Shown here in pieces: positions 9,837-18,186 of a stretch of 64,000 bases of DNA (positions are counted from its first letter, which is position 1; each line of letters starts with the position of its first letter). Source of the stretch: Alistipes sp. (GTDB lineage Bacteria > Bacteroidota > Bacteroidia > Bacteroidales > Rikenellaceae); NCBI GenBank assembly GCA_045588935.1, contig JAZNFC010000050.1, positions 12,370-76,369 on the forward strand. Direction: 5' to 3'. Below the pieces are notes generated by a model. It saw only the letters and a list, made by a program, of their open reading frames with translations, was not told the origin of the DNA and made no database searches. Made by a program: the position numbers and the translations under genes.

Positions 9837-10730
9837 ATGATACAACTTTCACTTATTATTGCCACGTATAATCGTGCGGAGCAGCTGCTAACAACACTCC
9901 GCTCCGTTGCCATGCAGTCTGCCAAGAGCAGTACATGGGAGTGTATCGTGGTGGATAATAACTCGAAGGACAACACCAGGAGCTCGGTCGAGGTCTTCAT
10001 CGCCGAACACAGCCCACTAAATATCCGCTATATATTCGAGCCCAAGCAGGGATTATCGCATGCTCGCAATGCCGGCATACGCGCTGCCAAGGGAAATATC
10101 CTCGCATTTATAGATGATGATGAGCGCATTGTCAAGGAGTTTATCTCGGCATATATCGAGCTCTTCGAACGCCATGCCGATGCCATGTCCGCCGGAGGTA
10201 AGATTATTGCCGAATATCCCACAGGGCGACCACGATGGATGTCGCGATATACGGAACAACCCATAGCCAACCCCATGGACTTTGGCGAACAGGTGAAGTT
10301 ATTTCCCAAAAGACGTATCCCCGGAGGTGGAAATATGGCTTTTCGCCGCGAAGTGTTCGATATCATAGGTCTCTTCAATACGAACCTCGGTCGCTCGGGA
10401 AGCTCGCTTATCGGTGGCGAGGAGTGTGACCTCTTCGAGCGTATCGCCAACAAGGGCATGAAGTGCTACTATGTACCACGTGCCGTGATGTATCATATAA
10501 TACCCGAAGAGAAGCTTACCAAGGAGTACTTCACACGCCTGGCATACAACACGGGAGTGAGCCAAAGGGCTCGCGCGCGCATACATAGGCGCATTGTGCA
10601 ATTATATATGGGAGAGATTGCAAAGTGGTGTGCAACACTACTTCTATCTCTTGTACACCATCCCGCGCAGTCTCGCTATCTACTGCTTATGCGCCGACAC
10701 ATCACACGCGGTATAACACATCGCGGATAG
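9837..10730 (+). CDS. Glycosyltransferase family 2
   Basis: Start reassigned to MIQLSLIIATYNR; VVDNNSKD, GLSHARNAG, FIDDDE and GGNMAFRR motifs. Confidence 0.93.
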   Translation: MIQLSLIIATYNRAEQLLTTLRSVAMQSAKSSTWECIVVDNNSKDNTRSSVEVFIAEHSPLNIRYIFEPKQGLSHARNAGIRAAKGNILAFIDDDERIVKEFISAYIELFERHADAMSAGGKIIAEYPTGRPRWMSRYTEQPIANPMDFGEQVKLFPKRRIPGGGNMAFRREVFDIIGLFNTNLGRSGSSLIGGEECDLFERIANKGMKCYYVPRAVMYHIIPEEKLTKEYFTRLAYNTGVSQRARARIHRRIVQLYMGEIAKWCATLLLSLVHHPAQSRYLLLMRRHITRGITHRG

Positions 10731-10815
10731 TAGATTGAGCAATAACTTTTCGCCAAAGATATACTTCGTATAGTTGATTTATTTTAGCTATTCGTTTAAA
10801 ATATCAAAAAACATG

Positions 10816-10845
10816 TTTGTTTTTATATTTTTTTTCTTACATTTG
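10816..10845 (+). promoter_or_regulatory. -33/-7 promoter
   Basis: TTTG at 10816-10819 and TACATTTG at 10838-10845. Confidence 0.65.
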
Positions 10846-10887
10846 TAGTACGAACAGAATGAAACTAATCATTAAAAACTTTGTACT

Positions 10888-11343
10888 ATGAAAAAACTTC
10901 TACTTGTTTTGGTTGCTGTAGTATTCGCATCTTCAGCATTTGCACAGGATTACAAGAACTCTATCGGTTTGCGTTTGGGTTGGGGTGCCGAGGTTCAGTA
11001 CGAGCGTCACTTCTCTGCAGAGAACTACTTGGAGGCCAACCTTGGTCTTAATGGCTTTGGTCGAGATCTCTTCGTTAACGCTACTTACAACTGGAACTGC
11101 TGCGAGTGGAACTGGACTCCCAGCGTAGGTAAGTGGTTCTTGTCAGCCGGTGTCGGTGCATCACTCGGTATCTGGGGATTCCGTGCATTCGACTTGGGTG
11201 TGGCCGGTGATGTTGCCTTTGGTCTCCGCTTCAAAAAGCCTGTAACTCTCTCTTTGGACTACCGTCCCACAATCTACTTCTTGCAGAGCAACTGGACCGG
11301 TGGTTTGTATGGCATAGCTCTTACTTGCACATACAACTTCTAA
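10888..11343 (+). CDS. Small outer-membrane beta-barrel protein
   Basis: Sec signal (AFA-Q), amphipathic beta-strands, C-terminal aromatic motif LTCTYNF. Confidence 0.8.
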   Translation: MKKLLLVLVAVVFASSAFAQDYKNSIGLRLGWGAEVQYERHFSAENYLEANLGLNGFGRDLFVNATYNWNCCEWNWTPSVGKWFLSAGVGASLGIWGFRAFDLGVAGDVAFGLRFKKPVTLSLDYRPTIYFLQSNWTGGLYGIALTCTYNF

Positions 11344-11373
11344 AGAGCCGATATAGGAATCTTTCCCTGATAT

Positions 11374-11410
11374 ATATTGCCCCGGATGAATGTTTGGGGC
11401 AATATTTTTT
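11374..11410 (+). terminator. Intrinsic terminator
   Basis: ATATTGCCCC...GGGGCAATAT followed by a T-run. Confidence 0.7.
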
Positions 11411-11456
11411 GACGTAGTATGTTAATATAAGAGAAACCTTATAAATATTGGGATAT

Positions 11457-11990
11457 ATGAGAAAACTACTATTGATTATCGTTGCCGTACTTACCGTATC
11501 GGCGGTATCGGCACAGCAGTGGTCTGCAGGTCTTCGTGCAGGCGCAGGGGTGCAGGCTGTAGGTCAGCTCACCTTGGGTAACAAGAACTATATCGAGGCT
11601 CGCTTTGGTGCTTCATGGATTAACCCCGTTGTCACGGTTGCATATGAGAGCGACAATAAGCTCTCTGTAAACTCATCGCGCATCATGGCCGACTTTACCA
11701 TTCTTCACAATTGGCGTGTAGTCGAGATGGATTGGACCCCCGAGGCCGGTCGTTGGTTCTTTGATGCCGGTGTGGGTGTGAATGTCGGAGGCAAGGCACA
11801 CTATGCCTATGTAGGTCTTGCCGGCATGGCTCGTCTTGGAATAACATTTAACGATGCCCCTATCAGCTTGTCGGTAGATTGGACCCCTTCGTTTGGTCCC
11901 GGCATATTGTATGTAGGCAAGTATAACGACGTTGTCTTCAACGAGCTCGGTCTTGCCGGCCTGGGCATTACATGCACCTATAATTTCTAA
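11457..11990 (+). CDS. Small outer-membrane beta-barrel protein, paralogue of 10888-11343
   Basis: Signal peptide (VSA-Q); shares WTPxxGxWFxxAGVG, LSxDxxP and TCTYNF with the upstream gene. Confidence 0.8.
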   Translation: MRKLLLIIVAVLTVSAVSAQQWSAGLRAGAGVQAVGQLTLGNKNYIEARFGASWINPVVTVAYESDNKLSVNSSRIMADFTILHNWRVVEMDWTPEAGRWFFDAGVGVNVGGKAHYAYVGLAGMARLGITFNDAPISLSVDWTPSFGPGILYVGKYNDVVFNELGLAGLGITCTYNF

Positions 11991-12011
11991 TTAGCAGCAC
12001 GTATATATAGA

Positions 12012-12055
12012 AACGAGGTGGGTGACTAAAAAGTAAAATAGTCACCCACCTCGTT
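12012..12055. repeat. REP-like palindrome copy 1 (perfect 17-bp inverted repeat)
   Basis: AACGAGGTGGGTGACTA-aaaagtaaaa-TAGTCACCCACCTCGTT; homologous copies at 19428 and 39198. Confidence 0.85.
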
Positions 12056-12065
12056 GTTCGTAGAT

Positions 12066-12165
12066 TTTAGACTTGCGAAGCCCGAAAAGGCGGAGTTTAC
12101 TAAAGAATAAATAAGCATCTGACGGATAAGGCATATGCCCACAAGAGCCTTATTAGACAGAGTCG
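12066..12165. repeat. Degenerate MITE/RPE-like element
   Basis: GACTTGCGAAGCCCGAAAAGGCGGAG-TTTAC-TAAAGAA-TAAATAAGCAT, homologous to the 3642-3735 copy. Confidence 0.6.
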
Positions 12166-12195
12166 TTATTGTTTAGTGCCGTTTCCCTTCTGAAA

Positions 12196-12744
12196 TTATC
12201 TCTTGGTCTTATATGCAGCACGATAAGAGCCACGCGCCATCTTCTGCAACTTATTCTTTATAAGATTCTTGCGGATAGGAGCAAGGTGGTCGGTAAAGAC
12301 CATACCTTCTATATGATCATACTCGTGCTGAATAACACGTGCAGGCTTACCTGTAAACTCCTCATCATGCTCCACAAAGTTCTCATCGAGGTAGCGCATA
12401 CGGATAGTCACAGGACGGCGCACATTCTCGTGCAGACCAGGAAGCGAGAGGCAACCCTCCTCGAAGAGCGACGTCTCCTCCGACTCCTCATATATTTCGG
12501 GATTGATAAACACACGCTTATAGTCCGCCAACGAGGGATCATCGTCAGCCCAAGGCGTACAATCAACAATAAAGAGGCGAATGTTCTTACCAATCTGTGG
12601 CGCTGCAAGACCCACACCTTCGGCCTCGGCCAAGGTAATCCACATATCCTCTATAAGCTTTTTAAGTTCGGGATAGTCGGGAGTGATATCCTCGGACTCG
12701 TTACGCAAAATCTGCGAGCCGTATATTACAATAGGATAAATCAT
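12196..12744 (-). CDS. def: Peptide deformylase
   Basis: GVGLAAPQIG, EGCLS and QHEYDH motifs. Confidence 0.98.
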   Translation of the reverse strand: MIYPIVIYGSQILRNESEDITPDYPELKKLIEDMWITLAEAEGVGLAAPQIGKNIRLFIVDCTPWADDDPSLADYKRVFINPEIYEESEETSLFEEGCLSLPGLHENVRRPVTIRMRYLDENFVEHDEEFTGKPARVIQHEYDHIEGMVFTDHLAPIRKNLIKNKLQKMARGSYRAAYKTKR

Positions 12745-12774
12745 CTTATCAATAGTTTTCTATGTTTTTCTGCA

Positions 12775-13191
12775 TTACATTCCCTGTGAGGCCATATAAT
12801 CTTGCAGTATTATAGCTGCCGACACCTTGTCCACCAACGACTTATCGCGACGCGCCATCTTACCTATGCCACTCTCGCGTATGGTGCGTTGTGCCAAGAC
12901 CGAGGTGAAACGCTCATCATAAGCCACCACCTGCTTATCGGGATAGGCATGGCGTAGGCGACCTATAAGCGGCTGTATATAGCGCATCGTCTCCGAGGGC
13001 GAGCCATCCATCTGTCGGGGGTGTCCCACGACAATGGTCGAGACCTCCTCGCGAGAGAAGTAGTCAGCAAGGTAACGCTCCAACTGCTTCGTATCTACAG
13101 TATCCAGCGGCGAAGCGATAATACCGAGAGGATCGGTAACAGCCAATCCCGTGCGTTTCGTGCCGTAGTCTATGGCTATGAGTCGCGGCAT
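12775..13191 (-). CDS. yqgF: YqgF/RuvX pre-16S rRNA nuclease (Holliday-junction resolvase-like)
   Basis: AIDYGTKRTGLAVTD, DERFTS and VDKVSAAIILQ motifs; start reassigned to the ATG at 13191. Confidence 0.95.
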   Translation of the reverse strand: MPRLIAIDYGTKRTGLAVTDPLGIIASPLDTVDTKQLERYLADYFSREEVSTIVVGHPRQMDGSPSETMRYIQPLIGRLRHAYPDKQVVAYDERFTSVLAQRTIRESGIGKMARRDKSLVDKVSAAIILQDYMASQGM

Positions 13192-13309
13192 ACTACAAAA
13201 CCTTACCGACAAGATAACCTATACCATACCCCACGATGTAGCATAAGGCCAAAATAGCCACGATATATAACCACATGCGGGGTCGGATGGTTGGCTTGCT
13301 TGTCATGGA

Positions 13310-14857
13310 TTATGCCTTCTTAATCTTCTTGAACAACTCGCGGAACGATACCTCCTTCTCAATCAACTGACGCAACGCCTCAATCTTAACACGCTCCTGC
13401 AGCATCGTATCACGGTGGCGCACCGTAACCATACCATCATTCAAGGTATCGTGGTCGATAGTCACACAGAAGGGTGTACCAATAGCATCTTGACGACGGT
13501 AGCGCTTACCAATAGAGTCCTTCTCATCGTAAACCACATTGTAGTCATACTTGAGATCGTCGATAATCTGACGTGCCACCTCAGGAAGACCATCCTTCTT
13601 AACCAAAGGCATAACGGCAACCTTCGTAGGAGCAAGAGCTGCAGGGATGCGCAATACTACGCGCTCCTCGCCATTCTCAAGCTTCTCCTCGCAGTAGGCC
13701 GCAGACATAATCTGTAGGAACATACGGTCAACGCCGATAGAGGTCTCAACAACGTAGGGTACATAGCTCTCGCCACGCTCGGGGTCGAAGTACTGAATCT
13801 TCTTGCCCGAGAACTCCTGATGACGACCAAGGTCGAAGTCCGTACGCGAGTGAATACCCTCCACCTCCTTGAAGCCGAAGGGGAAGTTATACTCCACGTC
13901 GGTTGCGGCATTAGCATAGTGCGCCAACTTATCGTGGTCATGGAAGCGGTAGTTCTCGTCACCAAAACCAAGAGCACGGTGCCATGCCATACGTGTCTCC
14001 TTCCACGTGTTCCACCACTCCATCTCGGTACCGGGCTGCACGAAGAACTGCATCTCCATCTGCTCGAACTCTCTCATACGGAAGATAAACTGACGAGCTA
14101 CAATCTCGTTACGGAAGGCCTTACCTATCTGTGCGATACCGAAGGGAAGCTTCATGCGGCCCGTCTTCTGCACATTGAGGTAGTTCACGAAGATACCCTG
14201 AGCCGTCTCGGGACGCAGATATACGGTGTTGGCACCATCTGCCGTTGAGCCCATCTGTGTGGAGAACATAAGGTTGAACTGACGCACATCCGTCCAGTTG
14301 CGAGTACCCGAAATAGGGCAAACAATCTCACAGTCGAGGATTATCTGCTTCAGCTCCTCAAGGTTATTATCGTTGAGGGCTGCAGTGAAACGCTCATGTA
14401 TGGCATCCATCTTGCCCTTAATCTCCAACACGCGGGGTGAGGTAGCCAAGTACTGCGCCTCGTCGAACTTCTCACCGAAACGCTTCTTCGCCTTCTCCAC
14501 CTCCTTCTGAATCTTCTCCTCCTGCTTGGCCATCCAATCCTCAACCAAGACATCGGCACGATAACGCTTCTTCGAGTCCTTATTGTCGATAAGAGGGTCG
14601 TTGAAGGCTCCTACGTGGCCCGAAGCCTCCCATGTTCTGGGGTGCATGAAGATGGCAGCATCGATACCCACGATATTCTCATTAAGCTTAACCATCGAAT
14701 CCCACCAATAACGCTTGATGTTGTTCTTCAACTCAACACCATTCTGACCATAATCATAGACGGCACCTAAACCATCATAAATCTCGCTCGAAGGGAATAT
14801 AAAGCCATACTCCTTGCAGTGTGCGATAAGTTTTTTGAAGAGTTCCTCCTGTGTCAT
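13310..14857 (-). CDS. glyQS: Glycine--tRNA ligase (alpha2 type)
   Basis: YLRPETAQGIF, KAFRNEI, FRMREFEQMEM, E.SIGVDR, and anticodon domain SIGKRYRRQDAIGTP. Confidence 0.97.
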   Translation of the reverse strand: MTQEELFKKLIAHCKEYGFIFPSSEIYDGLGAVYDYGQNGVELKNNIKRYWWDSMVKLNENIVGIDAAIFMHPRTWEASGHVGAFNDPLIDNKDSKKRYRADVLVEDWMAKQEEKIQKEVEKAKKRFGEKFDEAQYLATSPRVLEIKGKMDAIHERFTAALNDNNLEELKQIILDCEIVCPISGTRNWTDVRQFNLMFSTQMGSTADGANTVYLRPETAQGIFVNYLNVQKTGRMKLPFGIAQIGKAFRNEIVARQFIFRMREFEQMEMQFFVQPGTEMEWWNTWKETRMAWHRALGFGDENYRFHDHDKLAHYANAATDVEYNFPFGFKEVEGIHSRTDFDLGRHQEFSGKKIQYFDPERGESYVPYVVETSIGVDRMFLQIMSAAYCEEKLENGEERVVLRIPAALAPTKVAVMPLVKKDGLPEVARQIIDDLKYDYNVVYDEKDSIGKRYRRQDAIGTPFCVTIDHDTLNDGMVTVRHRDTMLQERVKIEALRQLIEKEVSFRELFKKIKKA

Positions 14858-14914
14858 AGTATATATTTTTTGTTACTTACATCATTAGATTATATGCCTA
14901 TGGCATACAACGCA

Positions 14915-14922
14915 CAAAGATA
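14915..14922 (-). promoter_or_regulatory. -7 promoter element for glyQS
   Basis: TATCTTTG on the minus strand. Confidence 0.6.
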
Positions 14923-14945
14923 ATATTTTTTATCGAATTAATCGC

Positions 14946-15602
14946 CTATTTCAGGAGATTATGTCCTCGGAAGCTGAAGTGTTCGCCACGCGCTATTATC
15001 ACATGATCCAAAAGACGTATCTCAAAGAGCTTCGCAGCCTCGGCCACACGCTCGGTAAGTTCACAGTCGGCATCGCTCGGAGAGGCGCTGCCCGAAGGGT
15101 GGTTATGTACAAGAACAAGCTGCACGGCAAGAAGCTCCAACGCGCGCTTGATAATCAACCTGCAATCGACCACCGTAGATTGAACACCCCCCTGACTGAT
15201 GCGCACCTTATCGAGCACTCTGCCCGACGACGCAAGATACAACACCCAACACTCCTCATGCTGCAACGTACCAACCACAGGCTCCATTATTCGCACCACA
15301 TCGCCATCCGAGGCCACCCGCTCCATGCTCTGTGTCTCGGCAATAGCAATCCTACGTCCCAGCTCTACGGCAGCACGCAGACGCATGGCTCGCGACATAC
15401 CAAGACCAGCAACCATACGTAAGCGTGCAAGCTCCACCGTGGCAAGGCTCTGCAACGAGCCTTCGACATCGGATAAAAGCCGCTCGGCGAGCTGTATGAC
15501 CTGCTCATCAACCTCCTCATCAGCAAGAAGCAGTGCAAGAATCTCCTCATCAGAGATGCTCTCTATACCGCGACCCTGTAGTCTTAGTGTAAGGTTTCGC
15601 AT
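14946..15602 (-). CDS. radC: RadC/JAB-domain protein
   Basis: HhH region (VAGLG); JAB motif HEE...HNHPSGxxxPSDAD...LLDHVII. The ATG at 15602 is preceded by AGGAG. Confidence 0.93.
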   Translation of the reverse strand: MRNLTLRLQGRGIESISDEEILALLLADEEVDEQVIQLAERLLSDVEGSLQSLATVELARLRMVAGLGMSRAMRLRAAVELGRRIAIAETQSMERVASDGDVVRIMEPVVGTLQHEECWVLYLASSGRVLDKVRISQGGVQSTVVDCRLIIKRALELLAVQLVLVHNHPSGSASPSDADCELTERVAEAAKLFEIRLLDHVIIARGEHFSFRGHNLLK

Positions 15603-15613
15603 ACCCACTCCTA

Positions 15614-16399
15614 TTAGTTAGCCATCCTATCCAACTGGTCGAGAATACGCGCACTATTCTCATCATTTATGGTAAAGGTCGTATTGCGCGACACCGAGTA
15701 GGCAGCACTCTGCTCCGCCTCCTTCTTCGAGTCACCCGAGCCATAGCCTACGGCGATACCATCGACATAGACCGTGGAGACAAATCCAGGATGAGCAGCC
15801 GATGTTGAGCGATCATGTCCCGTGCGGAACTCTACCGAGTAATGGTTCTTCTGACACCACTCTATAAGACGACTCTTAAAGTCGGTCTCCGAGCGCAATA
15901 CATCCTCCAGCGAGAGGTGTTTTCTGAATATATCGTTTATAAGTAGGCGATTTACAAAGTCGTAGCCCTGATCGAGATATATGGCACCCATCATCGCCTC
16001 AAAGGCATCGCCATAAATGTGCTTCTGGTGGGCATTACCCACAGCATGCGAGATAACATGGTGATTCAATCCTATCTCCGAAGCTATGCGGTTGAGCGAC
16101 TGACGCGACACCATCTTCGAGCGCACCTGCGTCATAAAACCCTCATCACGATCGGGAAACTCTATAAAGAGGTAGTCCGACGTGACACTCTCGATAACGG
16201 CATCCCCCAAAAACTCAAGACGCTCATTGTTGACATGCGAGCCATCATCCAGCTCCACAGATGCCGACTTATGAATCAAAGCAAGCTTGTAGAGCTCGAT
16301 GTTATGTGGCACGAAACCAAACATATCGTCTATAGCAACATAGAAGGCCTTATCGGGTCCGAAGTTGCGACGAAACGGGCGCAACAAAAAATCAAACAT
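15614..16399 (-). CDS. rnc: Ribonuclease III
   Basis: NERLEFLGDA signature, DAFEA, and dsRBD (DFKSRLIEWCQK...SKKEAEQ). Confidence 0.97.
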   Translation of the reverse strand: MFDFLLRPFRRNFGPDKAFYVAIDDMFGFVPHNIELYKLALIHKSASVELDDGSHVNNERLEFLGDAVIESVTSDYLFIEFPDRDEGFMTQVRSKMVSRQSLNRIASEIGLNHHVISHAVGNAHQKHIYGDAFEAMMGAIYLDQGYDFVNRLLINDIFRKHLSLEDVLRSETDFKSRLIEWCQKNHYSVEFRTGHDRSTSAAHPGFVSTVYVDGIAVGYGSGDSKKEAEQSAAYSVSRNTTFTINDENSARILDQLDRMAN

Positions 16400-16504
16400 A
16401 AGGTGTGTCCTACAAATTATAAAAAATTATACCCTATTTCGAGAGATTATATTTCGGCTACTTTTACCTAATCGACACAATCTCCCTGACAATATAATAC
16501 ATCA

Positions 16505-16554
16505 ATAAAGAATGGACTAAACCGAGGAGATATATTCCCCCAGATTAGTCCATC
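16505..16554 (-). terminator. Long hairpin/terminator between acpP and rnc
   Basis: Minus strand ATGGACTAA-TCTGGGGGA-atata-TCTCCTCGG-TTTAGTCCAT-TCTTT. Confidence 0.65.
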
Positions 16555-16689
16555 ATCTTTTTCAACAACCTAACGGACACTCTACATCCACACATGAAGC
16601 GCAGATGGAGATGTCGCCCTCAGGTTATTATAAAAAGTCACTCCAAGGGTTGTACATCACAAATCTCACCCCCGAGTAGAAATTAGCTA

Positions 16690-16923
16690 TTACTTGTGAG
16701 CCTCGATGTAGCTGATAGCATCGCCAACAGTCTGGATCTTCTCTGCATCAGCATCGGGAATCTGAAGATCGAAAGCCTTCTCGAACTCCATGATAAGCTC
16801 TACCTGATCCAAAGAGTCTGCACCGAGGTGTGCTGTGAAGCTAGCCTCTGCAACTACCTCTGACTCCTTAACGCCCAACTTGTCAACGATGATCTCGACA
16901 ACCTTTGACTGAATTTCTGACAT
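16690..16923 (-). CDS. acpP: Acyl carrier protein
   Basis: LGADSLD phosphopantetheine site, VELIMEFEK and [10 protein letters not shown]. Confidence 0.97.
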   Translation of the reverse strand: MSEIQSKVVEIIVDKLGVKESEVVAEASFTAHLGADSLDQVELIMEFEKAFDLQIPDADAEKIQTVGDAISYIEAHK

Positions 16924-17007
16924 AACAAATAAGTTTTAGTTAAACATTATAGTAGTAAATATTATCTACTGTAATCATGCTCGGTAATTTTTTTTAACCG
17001 AACGGTG

Positions 17008-17036
17008 CAAATGTAACACTTTTTTTATTATCTTTG
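17008..17036. promoter_or_regulatory. Closely spaced divergent -7 elements for acpP (-) and pepE-yraN-waaA (+)
   Basis: TACATTTG on minus (17008-17015) and TATCTTTG on plus (17029-17036). Confidence 0.6.
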
Positions 17037-17107
17037 ACATTATCTCGCAAAAAAATTATCAACATATTGGCAACAAGAAGTATTAAACTATTAATAAACA
17101 GAACATT

Positions 17108-17821
17108 ATGAACCTTTTATTAATTTCCAATTCTACCAATGCCGGTGAGGAGTATTTGAAATATCCTATCGGAGAGATTGCAAAGACACTTGAGGGTATT
17201 ACCGAGGTAGTCTTCATTCCCTATGCAGCCGTTACGTTCTCTTACGACGAATACGAAGCCAAGGTGCAGCGTCGCTTCGACGAGATAGGCATCAAGGTGC
17301 GCTCGGTGCATCACGCCCTCAACAAGCGTAACTTCGTGCGCCATGCACAGGCCATAGTTATCGGCGGTGGAAATACCTTTGCTCTGCTGAAGAAGATGCA
17401 GGAGGAGGATCTCCTCGACGTTATCTTCCGTCGTGTGAAGGCCGGCACACCATATATCGGCTGGTCAGCAGGTAGCAACGTTACATGCCCCACAATCTGC
17501 ACAACAAACGATATGCCTATCGTGCAGCCATCGTCCTTCCGTGCCATAGGACTTGTGCCCTTCCAGATTAACCCTCACTATCTCGACGCTAATCCCGAGG
17601 GTCATGCCGGAGAGACCCGCGAGCAGCGTATCTTGGAGTATCTTGAGGCCAATCGTGGTCGCTATGTCGTAGGTTTGCGCGAGGGTTGCATGCTCCGCAT
17701 CAACGACAACGGCATTGAGCTTATCGGCTCTCGTCCCATGCGTATCTTCCGCAAGGATATCAAGACCTATGAGGTACAGCCCGGCGAGAATATCGACTTC
17801 CTACTTCGTCGTAGCAAGTAA
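17108..17821 (+). CDS. pepE: Dipeptidase E (peptidase S51)
   Basis: IGGGNTF, YIGWSAGSN, TTNDMPI, QINPHY and GETREQRI motifs. Confidence 0.96.
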   Translation: MNLLLISNSTNAGEEYLKYPIGEIAKTLEGITEVVFIPYAAVTFSYDEYEAKVQRRFDEIGIKVRSVHHALNKRNFVRHAQAIVIGGGNTFALLKKMQEEDLLDVIFRRVKAGTPYIGWSAGSNVTCPTICTTNDMPIVQPSSFRAIGLVPFQINPHYLDANPEGHAGETREQRILEYLEANRGRYVVGLREGCMLRINDNGIELIGSRPMRIFRKDIKTYEVQPGENIDFLLRRSK

Positions 17822-17827
17822 TCTTGG

Positions 17828-18184
17828 ATGGGTGGTATAACCACGACAATAGGTAATCGGGGCGAGGATATAGCTCAAGAGTGGCTACGTAAGCAGGGCT
17901 ACTATATCGTAGCTCGCAATTGGCGTGCAGGTCGCTACGAGATAGACATCATCGCCGAGCACTTCGACACCATACACTTCGTCGAGGTGAAGACGCGCTC
18001 ACGCACAGGTTGGCAGTCGCCCTACGACTCGATAGATGACAACAAACGACGCTCATTGCGACGTGCAGCTGCTGCATATACGGCTATGCACCACCCACGC
18101 ATGACGACGCAGTTTGACCTTCTCGCCGTGGAGACAACACCCGAAGGAGAATATACCGTGGAGTACATAGAAAATATAATGTAG
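17828..18184 (+). CDS. yraN: YraN family nuclease-like protein (UPF0102)
   Basis: GEDIA, RNWR, EIDIIA and FVEVKTR motifs. Confidence 0.93.
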   Translation: MGGITTTIGNRGEDIAQEWLRKQGYYIVARNWRAGRYEIDIIAEHFDTIHFVEVKTRSRTGWQSPYDSIDDNKRRSLRRAAAAYTAMHHPRMTTQFDLLAVETTPEGEYTVEYIENIM

Positions 18185-18186
18185 GC

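Noticed and set aside
9791-10000. Apparent head-to-head overlap of the HAD and GT2 ORFs
   Set aside because: This is an artefact of longest-ORF calling; the family motifs start at 9790 and 9837.
10820-10837. T8 tract in a promoter spacer as a slipped-strand switch
   Set aside because: The tract is short and typical of the AT-rich spacers throughout this window.
13310-14857. Eukaryote-like alpha2 GlyRS
   Set aside because: This type is normal for Bacteroidetes.
14946-15602. RadC/JAB protein as a sign of a mobile or defence element
   Set aside because: It is a full-length chromosomal type in a housekeeping context with no associated cargo.
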